A stretch of 64,000 nt of DNA from Seison nebaliae (lineage: Eukaryota), in the NCBI GenBank assembly GCA_023231475.1, contig JALJEE010001258.1, positions 1 through 64,000 on the forward strand. The letters are read 5' to 3'. The notes beneath the pieces are model-generated. The model was not told where the DNA came from. It ran no database searches and was given only the letters and a program-made list of their open reading frames with translations. This document shows, piece by piece, positions 14,601-28,933 of this stretch. The first letter of the stretch is position 1; the number at the start of each line of letters is the position of its first letter. A program made the position numbers and the translations under genes.

Positions 14601-16732
14601 AGAAGTACTACACTTTATACGTCGTCTTTTATTCGTTGAATTTATTCGTTTCTTTTTGAGAAAATTTCAAATGATGTTGCTAACAGCGATAGAAATTCTA
14701 TTCTAATAAATGTTCCACGTTCAATGACATAATTTGAAGGAAGTAGAAGTATTTTCTTACATCGTCAATCTCTCCTTATCGTTACTACTCGTCTTGTATT
14801 TTTGTCTACCTCACACGACGTGTACTGCCAACTGAGTAATCGTTCATATGATTCCGATCATGTGGCAAATATGAACTTATCTTATCGCCATCAATCAGAT
14901 GTCGAGCTAAACATGAGAAGAACTGCCTCCCAATAAAGAGCACGTCGAGAATGAGACAGTTATCAAATTGAAATGTTATATGAAATAAAAAGATTGTCGA
15001 ATACTTTTCTCATAATTCTGAAGAAAAGAAAAACATTCAGAACAACTTTTCCGGAAACCAATTCATTCAATTCCTTTCTTCTTTATGAGTAACAAAAGAG
15101 AAATTTCTTCTTATCAACTTTCACTCATCATCACAAATAATCTCTTGCTCTCTGACTGGTTAGTCAACGGGATTGCCTCAGTCAAGTGGATAGTGGAAAT
15201 TCATTCAATTCCCTATCAGCTGTACGTATACTAAGGGGAGTGCTTATATCATATGATCATTCTCATGAAGTATATTGCACAGGTTTCTTTCTCATTATGT
15301 TGTTTCCTCTAAAAACAAAAAATATGAATTCAATTCACTCTAATTCCACCACTCCATTACAATGATTGTGAAGCTCAAGAAATGGCTGTGTGTCCAGACT
15401 ATTCCCAATATTTATAAAATATTTTTAATGGAAATGAGTATATTGACATTTTTTTTTATCGATTCAATTTATCAGAGCAGATCTCTTCAATGAATTGAAG
15501 TAATTGAGGATGAATGTAAAGATTTAGTGCTGAAAGATATTTGCCTTTTCAGTTCTCAATTTTCATCGTTGTTCTTTTTAGAGACGTAAACAAACAGCAA
15601 ATCCGTCCGTATGAATGAAGCAATCAGTCGTTTGTTTACGTTTGATTATGAATTAGGAGAAAGTTAGACTGAGACCACGATCGGAAATGAATTCCAATGA
15701 ATCTTTTGCATATGTTATCCGAAAGCGATATTATTCAATTCCTTCTCATTCTTCTCAATTCTCTCTCCCAATCCGCCACTTCCACTCGGAGGGGAGTTTC
15801 TTATAGTTCGAGTAATTCCTTCGTATTTACAACACAGAAAATTGTTCCCTCATCAGTTTCAAGATGAAATTTTATCGATTAGGACGAGTGTGTGCACGTG
15901 TGTGTGTGTGTGTGTGTATTTAGTGTTGTTTTGTGGCATCCGGTAGATGTGTGAGGACACTTCTTTTTGTGTACCGGGAGAATGTGGTGAAAGGAAGAGG
16001 TCGTAACGTCAATGTCATTGGGAGGAAATGGCGGGGAGTATGTTGACAAAATTGACGGCAACTAATATATCTTCATTGGGAACTTCATCAATTTGCATGT
16101 TTTGTTCTTTCTCTCATTCGTTAGGTATCATTCTTAGGTTGCCATGACAACGACCGATTATTGTGACATGACGAGGGTGACGTTAGGGGAAATATCTAAA
16201 TTCGTTTTTGATTATTCTCAGACATATCAACAACTGATGAATCGTTATTGAAGGAAGGTGTTGTGATGGGCTATTATCATTGAGACGATATTTGAATGTT
16301 GAAAGGAAAAAAGAAATTTAAACTTCTCATTCTTCGAATTCTTCTTATTAATATTGGGTATATACCTTTCGTTAATGAAGGGAAACGGTTGGGTTTGTAT
16401 GGAACGGGAGGAATGTCCCGTCCGATTACATTTCCTTCATTCATAAAACGATAATGGACTATTGAGTTGGTGAAGTATCAATATTCCTCTTTCCATTGAT
16501 ATGTTACTTGAATTGATTGCATTGACAAGTCAATTTATTTCGATAAATTATCATTAATTTCCTTCTCCCAATTTTCTATGACTCTTCGCCTTCCCTTCCA
16601 TTTTTCTTCTTTCGTATTTATCGAAATCGCCATTCGTCATTCATTTTTTTTAATTAATAATTTTCTATTTCCATCCAACAAATTGAATTGATTGAATTGA
16701 TTGTGGGACATCATCAGCTCCATTAATGTCGT

Positions 16733-19700
16733 ATGGATGTCAGATTACATCTTTCGTTTATATTCAATCTCATCCACATCATATCCGCCCTCCATCTATC
16801 CGTTGACGACGGTGAGATACTGAGGAAACATGAAAATTATTCCGTCTACAATTTGACGGACGAACGACTGCCAATACATCTCAATTGTTCTTCATCAATT
16901 TATCATGAATTTAAAAATGGTTCCATTCAACTATTCTCATCTACCACCGTCGACACGACGAAGACGACGAATATCCATCGAAATGATTTGAATAAGATTT
17001 GGTTGGACGATAGATATGTCAATGGACTGCATTGCATCAATTATATGAATAGCACATATGTCTTAGAGAAATCATTCCACTTCTATTCGACTCGTTTACA
17101 ATGGAAGGAGAAATTACAATCAAAATTGGTACGTGTCGGTGAACGCATCGAATTAACTTGCTCAATTATTCCATTTATTCAACACATTCACTTCAATTGG
17201 ACATTCTCACCTTATTCCAGTTTATTCATCAACAACAACAACGAAAATGGGTCGGAATTCGAAGATCGGAAAAGTATTCGAATTACCAGCAAATATCATT
17301 TCATTACCGTCGAATGTACCGTACAAGAGACAAATGGAGAAATGATGTTGACCACGAGAGCAAATTTCACTTTGATCAGTTTATTTTCCGTTTTTCTTTT
17401 ATTCTCATCATTCGCTCGTCAGTTCCCATAACCATCGAAGCGGTTAAAGGTGATTCCATCATCATCGATTGTGCATATGACGTCAACATTAACCAACCGA
17501 TCAATTGGTTCTATGAAAATCTGACGGCCATCACTCCAATCACCTCTCCAACATCTCATGTTCAATACCGTTCGAACGGTAGTCTATTCTTCAACAACAT
17601 CACATTGGACGATGGTATTGTCATTATTTGTTATCAGAATCGGAAGATGATCAAATCATTCCAAATAGTCGTTCTATGTTCCCATTTCTCCATTTCTACA
17701 TTTCATAAATTTTTCGTCAATTCAGATTTCGATTCACAATTCTACGAAGAACCAGCTAATCAAACTAATGTTATTTCAGGATCGAACATTTATTTGAATT
17801 GTCTACCACCCAATTCCTTTCCAACGGTGACGGTTCGTTGGATGAAAGACGGAAAATTACATGAAACGATCGAAACGGATGAACGAATAAAAGGTTAATA
17901 ATTTGATGATAATTTGATGATAAAAATATAAAAATTTTATTTTAAAGAATTTCATAATGGAACGTTGATCATAAACAATTCGAAGTATAATGATAGTGGC
18001 CGATATAGTTGTCGAGCGATTAATGATCGAGTGGCACCGTTCTATCGAGAATCGAAAATGGCTTTCGTCGACGTTAAAGGTTCGTTGAATTAGTAAAATA
18101 TTTCCATTTTAAATTTCAAATTTTTGATAGGAATTCCTGAATTCACTAAAGATTATGATTCGACTATCGTGGTCGATTGGGTGAACACGACCATTTATTG
18201 TCCCATCATCAGTCATCCACCAGCACGTTATGTTTGGACATTGAACAACCAGATTGATTGGCAGGAGATGATAGAGATCAAGTGAATTTAAATTTGAATC
18301 TATTTAAATTTAAATTTTCTTTCAGTGACAACAAATTGACATTTCTTCAATTTCCAACTGATCGTCAATTCATCGATATCGAATGTTCGGCAACGAATCA
18401 ATATGGAGATTTAGTTGCTAATCTGGACAACATAACTTTTCCTCTCTTACCACTGCCATTGGAGAATCGGTTAAATGTGGAATTGATTGAAAATGGAAAT
18501 GGTTCGATTGCGAAGAAAACGGTACAGAATTCACTCTCAAACCATCAGGATAACGTCACCAACACCACTCCTACTACCACCACTACCATATTAACAAGTG
18601 TCACCAGTTTGTCATTCGATCTTCTCACAACAACGACGACAACAAGGAAAACCGTCGAAACGACATCTAAACGGAAAATAATTTATAATTTTTTAGGAAT
18701 TCCTATGAATGTCGATGAATCACCTACATCTACAACTTCACCTCCTCCTTCGTCGACTAGTACCCAAACAACAACAACAACATCAACAACAACTTCAATT
18801 AGTGAAAATGAAGAAACCGTTTCGACGTTTTCCAATGGAAATCATTTAAATATGAAGAATAGTCAAACTTTGAACGATATGATTTTCCCATCTACCACTC
18901 AACTCACTCCGATGTTGTTAACAGGTGAGGAGGATGGTGAGGAGGACGGAAATGGTTTCATTTGGAAGACGATGGAAATCGGTCCCCGATACATCGAATT
19001 ACAATTGCGGAGAATGAATAATGAATCGTTACCATATCGTGGATCGATCGAGATCGATGTAGAAGAAACGTCAGCCAATTTAGGAAATGGTTAGAAATTT
19101 AAAAATTTTTATAAATAATTAAAATTTTTAAATTAAATTAATTGTCAATTGAATAGTTAAAAGGACATCTCATCATTTCCAATTACTCCAACGATATTAT
19201 CATGAGGACATTCTCATCGACAGTATCATCCACGACAATTCGACATCATCTTATTATATTTGGAGGAATTGGTATACGATGGATTACTTCAACAAGAATG
19301 CCAATACAATTCTCCGGACCGATATGAAATTTCTAAATTTGAAAAATAATACAAATTATCTCATAATGGCGTCGGTTGATGGTGAGAAGAAATCCATCGT
19401 TTTCAAAGGCTTAACGCAAAATTTCGGTTAGTAATTTCAAAAGAGAAAATAATTGAATATTTTTGATTTGCAGTCGATCTGGTATGGAAATATAACGTGA
19501 CAAATCGAACGGGAACATCAATGAAATTTAATTTCGCCGTTTCATTTTCATTTTCCCACTCTTAAACTGTATGTGTGTTGGACAGTTGAATGAGATCGGT
19601 GAAAAATTGAACGAGTTGGATTTCCAAGTGAGGAATGTGGAGACGAAAGACGTTTCTTATATCAAATGGTTGAAAGTCGGTCCCCCACCATACACCATAG

Positions 19701-22101
19701 AAATGAAGTTAAATTTCTTTATTTTAATTTAAACACGATAAATTAATTAAAAATTAATTAATTAACTTAAACAGTCAATTGGAAGAGAATGAGACATATG
19801 AATTATCTGTATGTAATTCATATCGTTGTTCTGATATGACACAATTAATAGGAAATATTCCATCAGTTAAAGGTTTTCAAAATAATTTTCAAAATATTTT
19901 TCATTTAAAATTTGATTTTGTAGAAAGGGTAAAGGAACCAATGAATGGAAATGAGGAAAGTGCGATAAATATCGATGATCAAGTGCCGTTATTGGTGCAG
20001 AATGTTGAGATGAATATCATGAACGAGAAAGACTTTCCCCAAACCAACGTGCAATTGTGGTGGAGTATGTTGAAGAATGGAAACGAATTATATGGAACTC
20101 GAAGTCGAATACGATTCGGTATCGATAACCACATTTGTGAGAACGTCGACAAATGGAACAATGAGACATGGAACGATCAGAACTCTTTTGATTTGGGCGA
20201 TCGAATTTACAATAACATTATCATTCCACTTTCCATATATCTGCAGAAATCGGCCATTTTCAATCCAGTTTGCACCGCCATCATTCTGAGAACGGAACGA
20301 TTATCAGATAAACATTTATCTTCCGATTATTCCACCGCGACCATCACATATGATGGGAAGATCGAAAAACGGTTTTTTTCCACCATTCCCAATCGACAAT
20401 TACCAGCCGTTACCACCACCACTGCAACCACCACCCAAATCACCAACACTCAATCCTCAACAATGTCGATGAATTTGTTGAAGAATCAATATTACTATTA
20501 TATCGGTTCATAATTTCCTTCATCATTTCCATCATTTTCCTTTTTAGATGGTATTCGTTTGAATGAAGTCGCCATCACCAATCAGACGAATGACGCATTC
20601 GAAGTGACGTGGATGACGAACGATCAAGTAAGAGATCAATACCAAATGGCCATTTATGATAAAGTGAAAGATCATTTCGATGGTTTTCATTTGACCGTCA
20701 GAAAATTGAAAGAACTTCAAGACGCCAATCCACTTTACACCAAACGATTCGCTCCCGACCAATTCAGTACTTGGATCAGGTTTTCATTATCTTTTTTGAT
20801 AATAATTTGTTTTAAATTTAAATTTTTCTTTCAATTTCCAGTACAGCAAATACGTCGGCAAATGATATTTTGGAAGTTCAAGTCAATAATTATGGAACTC
20901 TCCCAAACAACGAAACGATTATTAGTCATATTCATGGGAAAGTTTATCATATCACATCGAACATGATCGACGAAAACGGAAATGAAGAAGAAATAAAAGA
21001 AGACAATAACGGCGACAATTTACTTTCCTCGTTTCTTTTTTTTTGAAAATTTTAAAAACTTTATTTTCATTCTCAGAACTTCGACGATCACTACTCGAAG
21101 TAGCGCCAAAACGAATTTACCAAATATCGGAATAATAACCGTCAGCAAATCGCCAATTATCATCAGTACTACAACGACCACAATGATGATAATGACATCA
21201 TCAACACAAGCAAATACTGTAACAACAACAACACAAATTACTATGGGAATAACAACAACGCGTGTTACTAGTAGTCAAACAACGAGAGATACTTCAATTA
21301 GTCCTTCAACTATTACGAATTCGAATATTAATAATATTTCGGATAATGGAAATGAGATAAAAGTGGAAGATAAAAATTCAATTAAACTTCGAGTAGAAGA
21401 CGATTTGATTAATGATCCTCAATTGACATGGGATTTCGATATCAATCAATATTTGAAAGAAAATTTAAAGAATGTTGATAAAGAGATCGATTATGATGGT
21501 AATTATGATTATAATAAAGAGATAAATTCATTTGAATTGAAAATTGATAATAACTATTTTTATTTGCAACCCGATAATCATCAATTCCCGTTGCCACCAA
21601 CCAACCAATTGTGGACTCCACTCGAGACACATAACACGAATTTGCGAATAAAACCCACAATGAAATTAGTTTATTTACTCGATCAGATTCCAAAAGATGT
21701 TTATTCTCCTATCAACTATCTTCCCAATAATGTGCCAATTCGATTGGATTACGCTAAGCCTAATAATTTATCCGTTTCTACTCATCGCGAATTCTACGTA
21801 CTCAATTGGGAGGACGAGAGAAGAGGAATGAAATCTGATTCTGTTCTCGTCACGTTATTGGAATTGGAACGACAAACGGATAATTGTCCGGAGAGACCGA
21901 ACCTTCAAAATTCTCCAAAATTCACCAGATACCAATCGAATGTTAATGAGAAATATTTTTTGATTGATCATTTCGATGAGAAGAAATGTAATTATTTTTC
22001 CATAACGAACGAAAACCATCGAAATGCTCAATATTCAATTGAATCCGATTACCAAATGATTTCATCACCTGAACATTATCAAACGGAAATCGTCACAACT
22101 T

Positions 22102-22134
<33 letters not shown>

Positions 22135-22135
22135 T

Positions 22136-22185
<50 letters not shown>

Positions 22186-24346
22186 ATATTACTACTACAA
22201 CTACGACATCTATTGAAACGACGACAGAAAATTCGGAAAAGGAACCATTGGAAAAGTTGAGCATTCGATCAATTCAGTTGAAGGAAACTGATGATTCATT
22301 GAACGTTGAATGGACGGTGAGTAACGAGTATTTAATTCCTCTCTAATTTCCCTCCCTAATTACCTTTCTTTTCAGATGAATGATATGGAAATGTTTTCCA
22401 ACTCCTCCGACATGTACTCGAAAGTTGAACTTATCAACTCCAATAACAAGAAAGTTGTTCATGAAAGAAACATTCCTAATACACGAAACTCGTATGATGT
22501 GAGATGGGAAGACGTGATCGATCCGGAAACAAAAGAATTGCCTAACCCTTATCAATTATTGGCGGTACAATTGACACTGATGGCGAAGGGAAAGTCAGGA
22601 AGTCAACAAAAGAAATTCTATCAAATTTCAAATTCATTATACGAAAAATTGAAATTACGTTATCAAACTACTACAACAAGTACAAGTACAAATAGTAGGT
22701 TTTCGATAACTGAATCACATCCATTCATTACCACCATAACGACGACGATGGGTGTGGCAATAAATATTCCACTTTATGGTGAGAATGAGAGAGATATTCG
22801 ATTAGATTCCAACGATGTTATTGACACTGTCGAATTGACAGTAATTTCGTCGAATTTGCGCTCAAACATTCTCTCCGACGTCAAAGTCGAATGGAAAGTC
22901 ATTTTTCAAATTTGAATTTAAAAATTGAAAATCATCTTTTAATCATCGTTGCAGGAATTGAAGGACATCTATCAAGGACTAAATTTGGATATGGCGACGA
23001 ACGATCTCCAAATGGAATTTCGAGCACGACCAACCAATTACAGTTGGTTGACGAACGGAATGACTCGGACGTTTAGGAAACGATTAAATGAATCACAATC
23101 GATTTTGAAACAAGTTCCTGATAATATGACATATTTATTAGGAATGCGATTCTCCCCCAAAAATGCGAATGTTATAACGAACAAATATGATTGGAGTAAA
23201 GAGATAGCATTCACTAAGAAGGATTCGAAATTGGTGATTGATAAAAATTCTGATGGTTTCGACGTCGCATCTCTCACACCATTATTCGTCATTCTTGGAC
23301 TGTTGTTGTTAATTGTGACGATAATTGTCTGTTTTCAATCGGCAACTATTCGAAGACGATTTCCCAAACTCACCAAACGTACGACGTCGTGGGCGAGCAC
23401 ATCAGAATCGTCGTTATCGACTCAATTGGAAGTGAGAAAGATAAATAAAAATAACGAGAAATATGCGAAGGCTCATCTTCCTGATTATGTGGATTATGCG
23501 AAGGAGAATGTCCGTACGAAAAAATTTACATCTCATCCATTATCTAAGAACGAGATTGTTCATCAAACGGCGATGGAAACGAGAAGAGGAAAAACTTCGA
23601 AGAATTCTGATGATTTCGATGTCTCGTCAATCGACGACGACGAATATGACGATTATAATGGAATTAAATTCAATAACAAGAAAAAAAAGAGACGAAATAA
23701 ACATCAGAAAGAGAAGATTTATACTTTATCTCCAATCACTCCAAATGACAACAACAACAACAACAACAATAATAATCAGATAAAGAATGAACTCGATGAC
23801 GATCCAGAACTTTATTCGAGTACGGGAAAATATTCGAATTATTTCGAGACGAATGAAAAAAATAATAAATCGTCCAATTCGAATACTCTCACCAATTCGT
23901 CGTATGCAAATCCGTTGCAAACGATACAAATCAGAAAACATTCTCAATCTTTATCCAATGATGATGTGGCGGAGAAGAAAACGGTCGTTACATCATTCGA
24001 TCTCTCCGAAGACGATGTCTCACCAAACAAGTTTCCCGTATTCGGTGCTAACGACTTCTATATTAACCAACGAACATTGGAACGAGAAGATGACGAGAAA
24101 TTATCGGTGGAATCACTTCAATATGGTCCGTTGACGGAAGTATTCACAGCCAACGTTCCTGTTGTCAATATCAAAGATCAGATGTATGCTGCTCTCCCCG
24201 TCACCACAACTGAATGGATGGATATGGATAAGAAGCAACTCTCATCCGCCAATACCAATACCAGTTATGGAGATGAGATTGGAAAGATTCCTCAGACATT
24301 ATCCTTCGAACAATGGCAACAATTGCAACGATCGAAAAGAAGTTGA
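16733..24346 (+). CDS. Large single-pass Ig-superfamily receptor/adhesion protein: signal peptide, several Ig domains, FN3-like domains alternating with Thr-rich stalks, TM, long cytoplasmic tail; ~2275 aa
   Basis: Manual 16-exon model: 16733-17378, 17423-17677, 17726-17893, 17948-18079, 18131-18281, 18326-19089, 19157-19426, 19474-19538, 19586-19707, 19775-19872, 19924-20505, 20548-20779, 20842-21030, 21077-22316, 22376-22897, 22955-24346 (6828 nt, open frame). Ig motifs: GERIELTC, GDSIIIDC, NIYLNCLPP..VRWMKDG..NGTLII..DSGRYSCRAIN. TM LFVILGLLLLIVTIIVCF. Confidence 0.8.
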
Positions 24347-24439
24347 ACGGAGAGATTAAATAAATTAAGATAGATGGAATATTAGTAATTCCATCAACAA
24401 AACATTTTCCATTTTCACAATTCATACTTTTATACTTCA

Positions 24440-24650
24440 TAAAATTAAAATTAATAAAATTTAAAAATTAAAATTAGAAATTAAATTAAACTAAATTAAA
24501 ATTAGAAATTAAATTAAAATAAAATTAGAAATTAAATTAGATTAAAATTAGAAATATAATTAAATTAAAATTAGAAATCAAATTAAATTAAAATTAGAAA
24601 TTAAATTAAAATAAAATTTGAAATTATATTAAAATTTGAATTAATGAAAT
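24440..24650. repeat. AT-rich degenerate minisatellite (AAATT/AAATTAG units)
   Basis: Visible tandem array such as aaattaaattaaaattagaaattaaattaaaataaaattag, between two convergent 3' ends. Confidence 0.75.
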
Positions 24651-24995
24651 TTACAAAATCAATAAAAACATTTCTCTATAGCGACGACGACAAACAAAGA
24701 AAGAAAGAAAGAAAGAAGGATGATATAGAAAGGAACGAAATGAAGTGAAATTAGAAAGAAAAAACGATCGGGAAAAAAAGTGAAACGGTTCGATTTGATG
24801 GATTTCCTGAAAAATTAAAGAATAATTTCAACTAAAAATTTCATTTTCAAACTATAAAATTTTCATATACAAATATGATGGAATAAGATTGAGAATAAGA
24901 TGTAAATTTCACAGGTGTACATCGAGAAGGCGAATGAGGAAAGGAAAAATAAGCGATGACATTTCCGGAATTATTGGTCGATATCGAGAAGAGAA

Positions 24996-26780
24996 TTAGA
25001 AGAATCGATTCATCATTTTCGTGACGATATTCAAATGATTATCCGTTATCATTGTGGTGGTGGGTGAATAAAAGATGACAGCCATAATTCCGATACCGAT
25101 AACAGACGCCATTGCCCATGATGCTGGTCGATTGATGAAGGAGATTGTATGTTTTCTCACCGTCAATGTCCCTGATGTTTTGGCATGATTATTATTATTA
25201 TTTGAATTTATTCCACTTCTCTCGTCTAACATCTTCTTTCTCACACTCCAATTATCCAGCATTCCATCGAACGTCGAGGGTGGAGCGGCAGCGAAAATTT
25301 CCAAAGTCTTCTCGAACAATTGTGGGAGATTTGTCGAACCTGTCAATCGACGTAATGTGGCATGGAGAGTGACGAAATCGTCGTTTTCCAACACTTTCTC
25401 CCGCTCCAACACAATGATGCCCACACACATATATATGATAGTTTTCGGATGTTTGGCTGCCAAGAGAAATTCGAAAATTTGCTGACAATAATTTAATGAG
25501 TCGATATCGTGACACATCCAAGTGACGAGCCAAGACACGGCAAAATTGGCCGTTTCGTGCTGAGAGAGATAAAGACGTTCTGCCAATTCCTCGTCCACTT
25601 CATTCAATAACGGTACGATAAATCCCAATAATTTTTGTGCTTCCGTCATCGTCTCTGCCATATAATCATCGAAATGATGTAATGTGAGAGATTGAAGGAA
25701 GTTGATGAGTTCATTGTCTAATTTGATCATTGATCGATCGTCATTTGATTGATTAGTCTGATGAACAATTTGATCGAATAGGAAAGTGAGAACGAATGTG
25801 AAAATGATATCATGAAATCCTTGATAATAATGAAGATGTTTATTATTGTCCAATATCCACAAAATGATATTTCTCGTTTCGTTTATAAGGAAATTGCCGA
25901 TTTTCTCTTTATCTTCCGTCGTCATCATCATATGAGGAAAAAACGATTCGTTGAATGTGGAATTGAGTCGTTTTCCTAATCGATTGACATCAAGTGTAAT
26001 TTGATTAAAATAAGAATTCTGTTTCAATTCTTCTTCATTCACAAACATCGAATGTCGATGTTGTGGGATGGGTTCATTCGAATTTCTTAATCCTTCTTCA
26101 AATCCATATGAATTTGTCATATTTCCTTTTCTCTGTCTCAAATAATTCTCATTATGTTTCTCCAATGTCCTCATTCTCATACGACTATTAAACCGTTCAG
26201 TTGACATCTCATTCTTCTCATCATTTGATGATTCATCATTTGTGATTGTTGTGGTAAGTGTCGAATCGACATCATTAATGAAACTGGAACTATCTTCCGA
26301 AATTGAATTTTCCGTCCCGTACAAACCACGAATGACCCGTCGCCAACAATCTCGCCGATATTTCTGTCCCATGGACGTGATAGGCCAAATTCGGTCGCCC
26401 GCGTTTTGAGTGCCCAATAACGGATTGAGGAAGATCATTCGCAATTCCTCCAACGTCAAATTCGTTATATAATCGAATTTCCGCTCGTCAATACATTTGT
26501 TGATTGAGCAAATGAATTTCGTCTTTTTCAAACGTTTTATCAATTTCTTCAATTCGATTTCGATCTCTAACGATCGTTTCTCACTCTGATCCAACACATT
26601 GCCACTATTCACCAAATTACTAATTGTTGGCGATGTGATCGACGACGAACTGAACGTCGAATTGGAGAGATTATCCAAAATCGGAATATTTTCCGGTGTC
26701 GACGATTCTCGCGCCACTATTGGCCTCAATTTCCCATCGACTTTTTGCGGTCGTCGCAATCGAACACCTGAAGTATCCAT
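24996..26780 (-). CDS. TBC1D20: TBC1 domain family member 20-like Rab GAP, intronless, 594 aa
   Basis: QITLDVNR (arginine-finger motif), HLHYYQGFHDI (glutamine finger), FAVSWLVTWMCHDI, and a C-terminal hydrophobic anchor WAMASVIGIGIMAVIFY typical of TBC1D20. Confidence 0.88.
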   Translation of the reverse strand: MDTSGVRLRRPQKVDGKLRPIVARESSTPENIPILDNLSNSTFSSSSITSPTISNLVNSGNVLDQSEKRSLEIEIELKKLIKRLKKTKFICSINKCIDERKFDYITNLTLEELRMIFLNPLLGTQNAGDRIWPITSMGQKYRRDCWRRVIRGLYGTENSISEDSSSFINDVDSTLTTTITNDESSNDEKNEMSTERFNSRMRMRTLEKHNENYLRQRKGNMTNSYGFEEGLRNSNEPIPQHRHSMFVNEEELKQNSYFNQITLDVNRLGKRLNSTFNESFFPHMMMTTEDKEKIGNFLINETRNIILWILDNNKHLHYYQGFHDIIFTFVLTFLFDQIVHQTNQSNDDRSMIKLDNELINFLQSLTLHHFDDYMAETMTEAQKLLGFIVPLLNEVDEELAERLYLSQHETANFAVSWLVTWMCHDIDSLNYCQQIFEFLLAAKHPKTIIYMCVGIIVLEREKVLENDDFVTLHATLRRLTGSTNLPQLFEKTLEIFAAAPPSTFDGMLDNWSVRKKMLDERSGINSNNNNNHAKTSGTLTVRKHTISFINRPASWAMASVIGIGIMAVIFYSPTTTMITDNHLNIVTKMMNRFF

Positions 26781-27566
26781 GAGTTAAATTCACGAAATTT
26801 ATTCACTTCACTTTGATTCAAACAATCAACATTGAAGAATTGAACTAAAAATTCACAGAAAGAAAAAACTAAAAGAAAATGGAAAAATCACTTCCAATTC
26901 TTTCCACACAAATAAAATATTCAAAAATTTTTTCAATTTTATTCACTCTTATATACAACCGACATAGCTACGTAGTTAAACGTATCTCCATTATTTTCAT
27001 TAATCATTCTTCTCCTCTTTCTCACTTATTCTTCTCATTCTTTCTCTCAAATTACTTTTCTCAATTTTTAGCCTTTCTCTCCCATCCTCCAACCATCTTT
27101 TCTTCCAATATTTCCATTTAATTCTTCCATCATATAACCATCTTTTCTCTCACAGTATTCTTTCTTAAAAAACGCTTATCAGTCGATAAAATCTATTTAG
27201 AATGGAAATTAAAAAATTTAATGATAATTTAAAAATGAAAATTTTTTAAATTATTTTTAATATTTAAAGATAATTTTAAATAAAAAATTGTAAAATTTTT
27301 AATTAAAATAGAAAAGTTTTATGATAATGTTTTATGGAGAGTAGAAAAATTTTATTGATAATCTTTTATGGAGAATTGAAAAATAGAATGATAATTTTAT
27401 ACGGATAATTAAATAAATAGAATGATAAAGTTTTGGAGAATGGGTCTTTAGGAGAGAGAAATAGAACTGATCAGTTATCTTTATTCTAGAATCGTGACAG
27501 AAAGTGAATTCTCTTTATGAATGAAAATGAGTAGAATAAAATGTTTATTGGATGAAACGAGCCATA

Positions 27567-28124
27567 TCATCGTAAGAAGAATGGAATGAGAACTAGAAGA
27601 AGAGTCTTGCCGACTGTGACCAATTCTCCCGAATTACATTTGTTTCCATTGCAACAATAGAATTGGGATTTATCAAGAAACTCTTTCTTCGTCTTCTCAC
27701 TCTCTAAATTGGGAAGAAGATAATTCTTCGATTGACATTCCGCTTTAGTTGCGCATCGACGTCGCACATCTACAACAGAGGAATTATGAAAGACAAATTT
27801 ATTCTATCACTACACCTAACAATTATAAGTGGCTGATTCACGAGTCAGTTTCGAACTATTCGTTTTCTCCATAGCTGGTGGGAAAATGTATTTCTTTAAT
27901 TTAAATTTTAAAAAAAAAACGGAGAAAGATGCAATGGTAACCATACATTGAGTATGGTCTTTGGGACACTGTTCAATTTTGAATATGGTGACGGGCGCGC
28001 CTTCGACGTAAGATTCTCTACATGACGGGTCGTTTTGATTGTTGGTCAAGCAAGTGTAGCAATTTAATGAGTAAAAAGTTGAAGGAAGGAAACTACAAAG
28101 TAATAGAACCAGAATCATTTTCAT
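27567..28124 (-). CDS. Ly6/uPAR three-finger protein, probably GPI-anchored (quiver/sleepless-like fold)
   Basis: Signal peptide, LNCYTC, ten Cys ending YCCNGNKCNS, hydrophobic C-terminus. Last intron 27770-27820 (GTTAGG..TAG). A first intron probably starts at 27920, but its acceptor is ambiguous: 27867 keeps frame, 27875 does not. Confidence 0.8.
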
Positions 28125-28933
28125 TAAAATGTTCGTTAGGAATTATACCAAAATATATTTATAGTAAGAGAGAAATGAACAGATTCGTGTAAGTGGACAC
28201 CAATTCAAACGTTAATGTATCAGATTCGATTTCAATCGATTATTTACTGATTTCAACGTTTTCTTCTTTTCGCACTACAATCGAAATTTAAACATTGTAA
28301 TTTTAGATCTCACTATACGTCCTTATCAAAACATCGACATCAATTAACAACGAAATCATAAAGAAGAATTAGCAAACACTTATCTCTGTCGAATGGCAGA
28401 CCTTTCCATCTCTTCCGATATGTTCCACCTAATTATCTATCTCAATTAATCACGTTTCTATAAAATTCCATAACATGTCGAATTTTCCTATAATGTAATT
28501 TGGAAAGTGTTTCAAGGACTCTCTACTTCTACTCTCCCATTTCATCCAATTCTTATCAATTCAAATGATTTCCATACAACTTTCAAATTTATCATGTTCT
28601 AGTTCGATTGACCCGATTCCATTTCAACCCACTTGCTACCCTTCTCCAACACCACCACCACTATCACCACTTCTTATCTCACTTCATCAAATTAATTCGA
28701 ATTATCATCTAAATATTATCAATTTCTCACAGTTTATTCCTATTTGCTGTTGAACTCCCAAATAAAATTATGTTAAACGAAATAATATAATTAAATTAAA
28801 ATTAAATTAATAATTTTTCAAATTAATAAGTTAGAAGTTGATGAACTACATAAGGAAATATTAAACAATTTTCTTTTCTAATAAATATGATGACCAAAAA
28901 TTGGTCGATCTGGGTCGAAATATTGTTTTTGAT

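Noticed and set aside
18646..18696. Acceptor-like TTTTTTAG|G in Ig receptor exon 6, suggesting a non-GT intron
   Set aside because: The frame is open without splicing and no phase-compatible GT lies nearby. Not enough to claim a non-canonical intron.
27830..27920. Splicing the Ly6 first intron to the CAG at 27875 gives ..RIVRN-TGA, tempting as a selenocysteine or readthrough at a Cys position
   Set aside because: The other frame already supplies all ten cysteines, including YVRRRC. An in-frame acceptor at 27867 or retention explains the gene. No SECIS was recognised.
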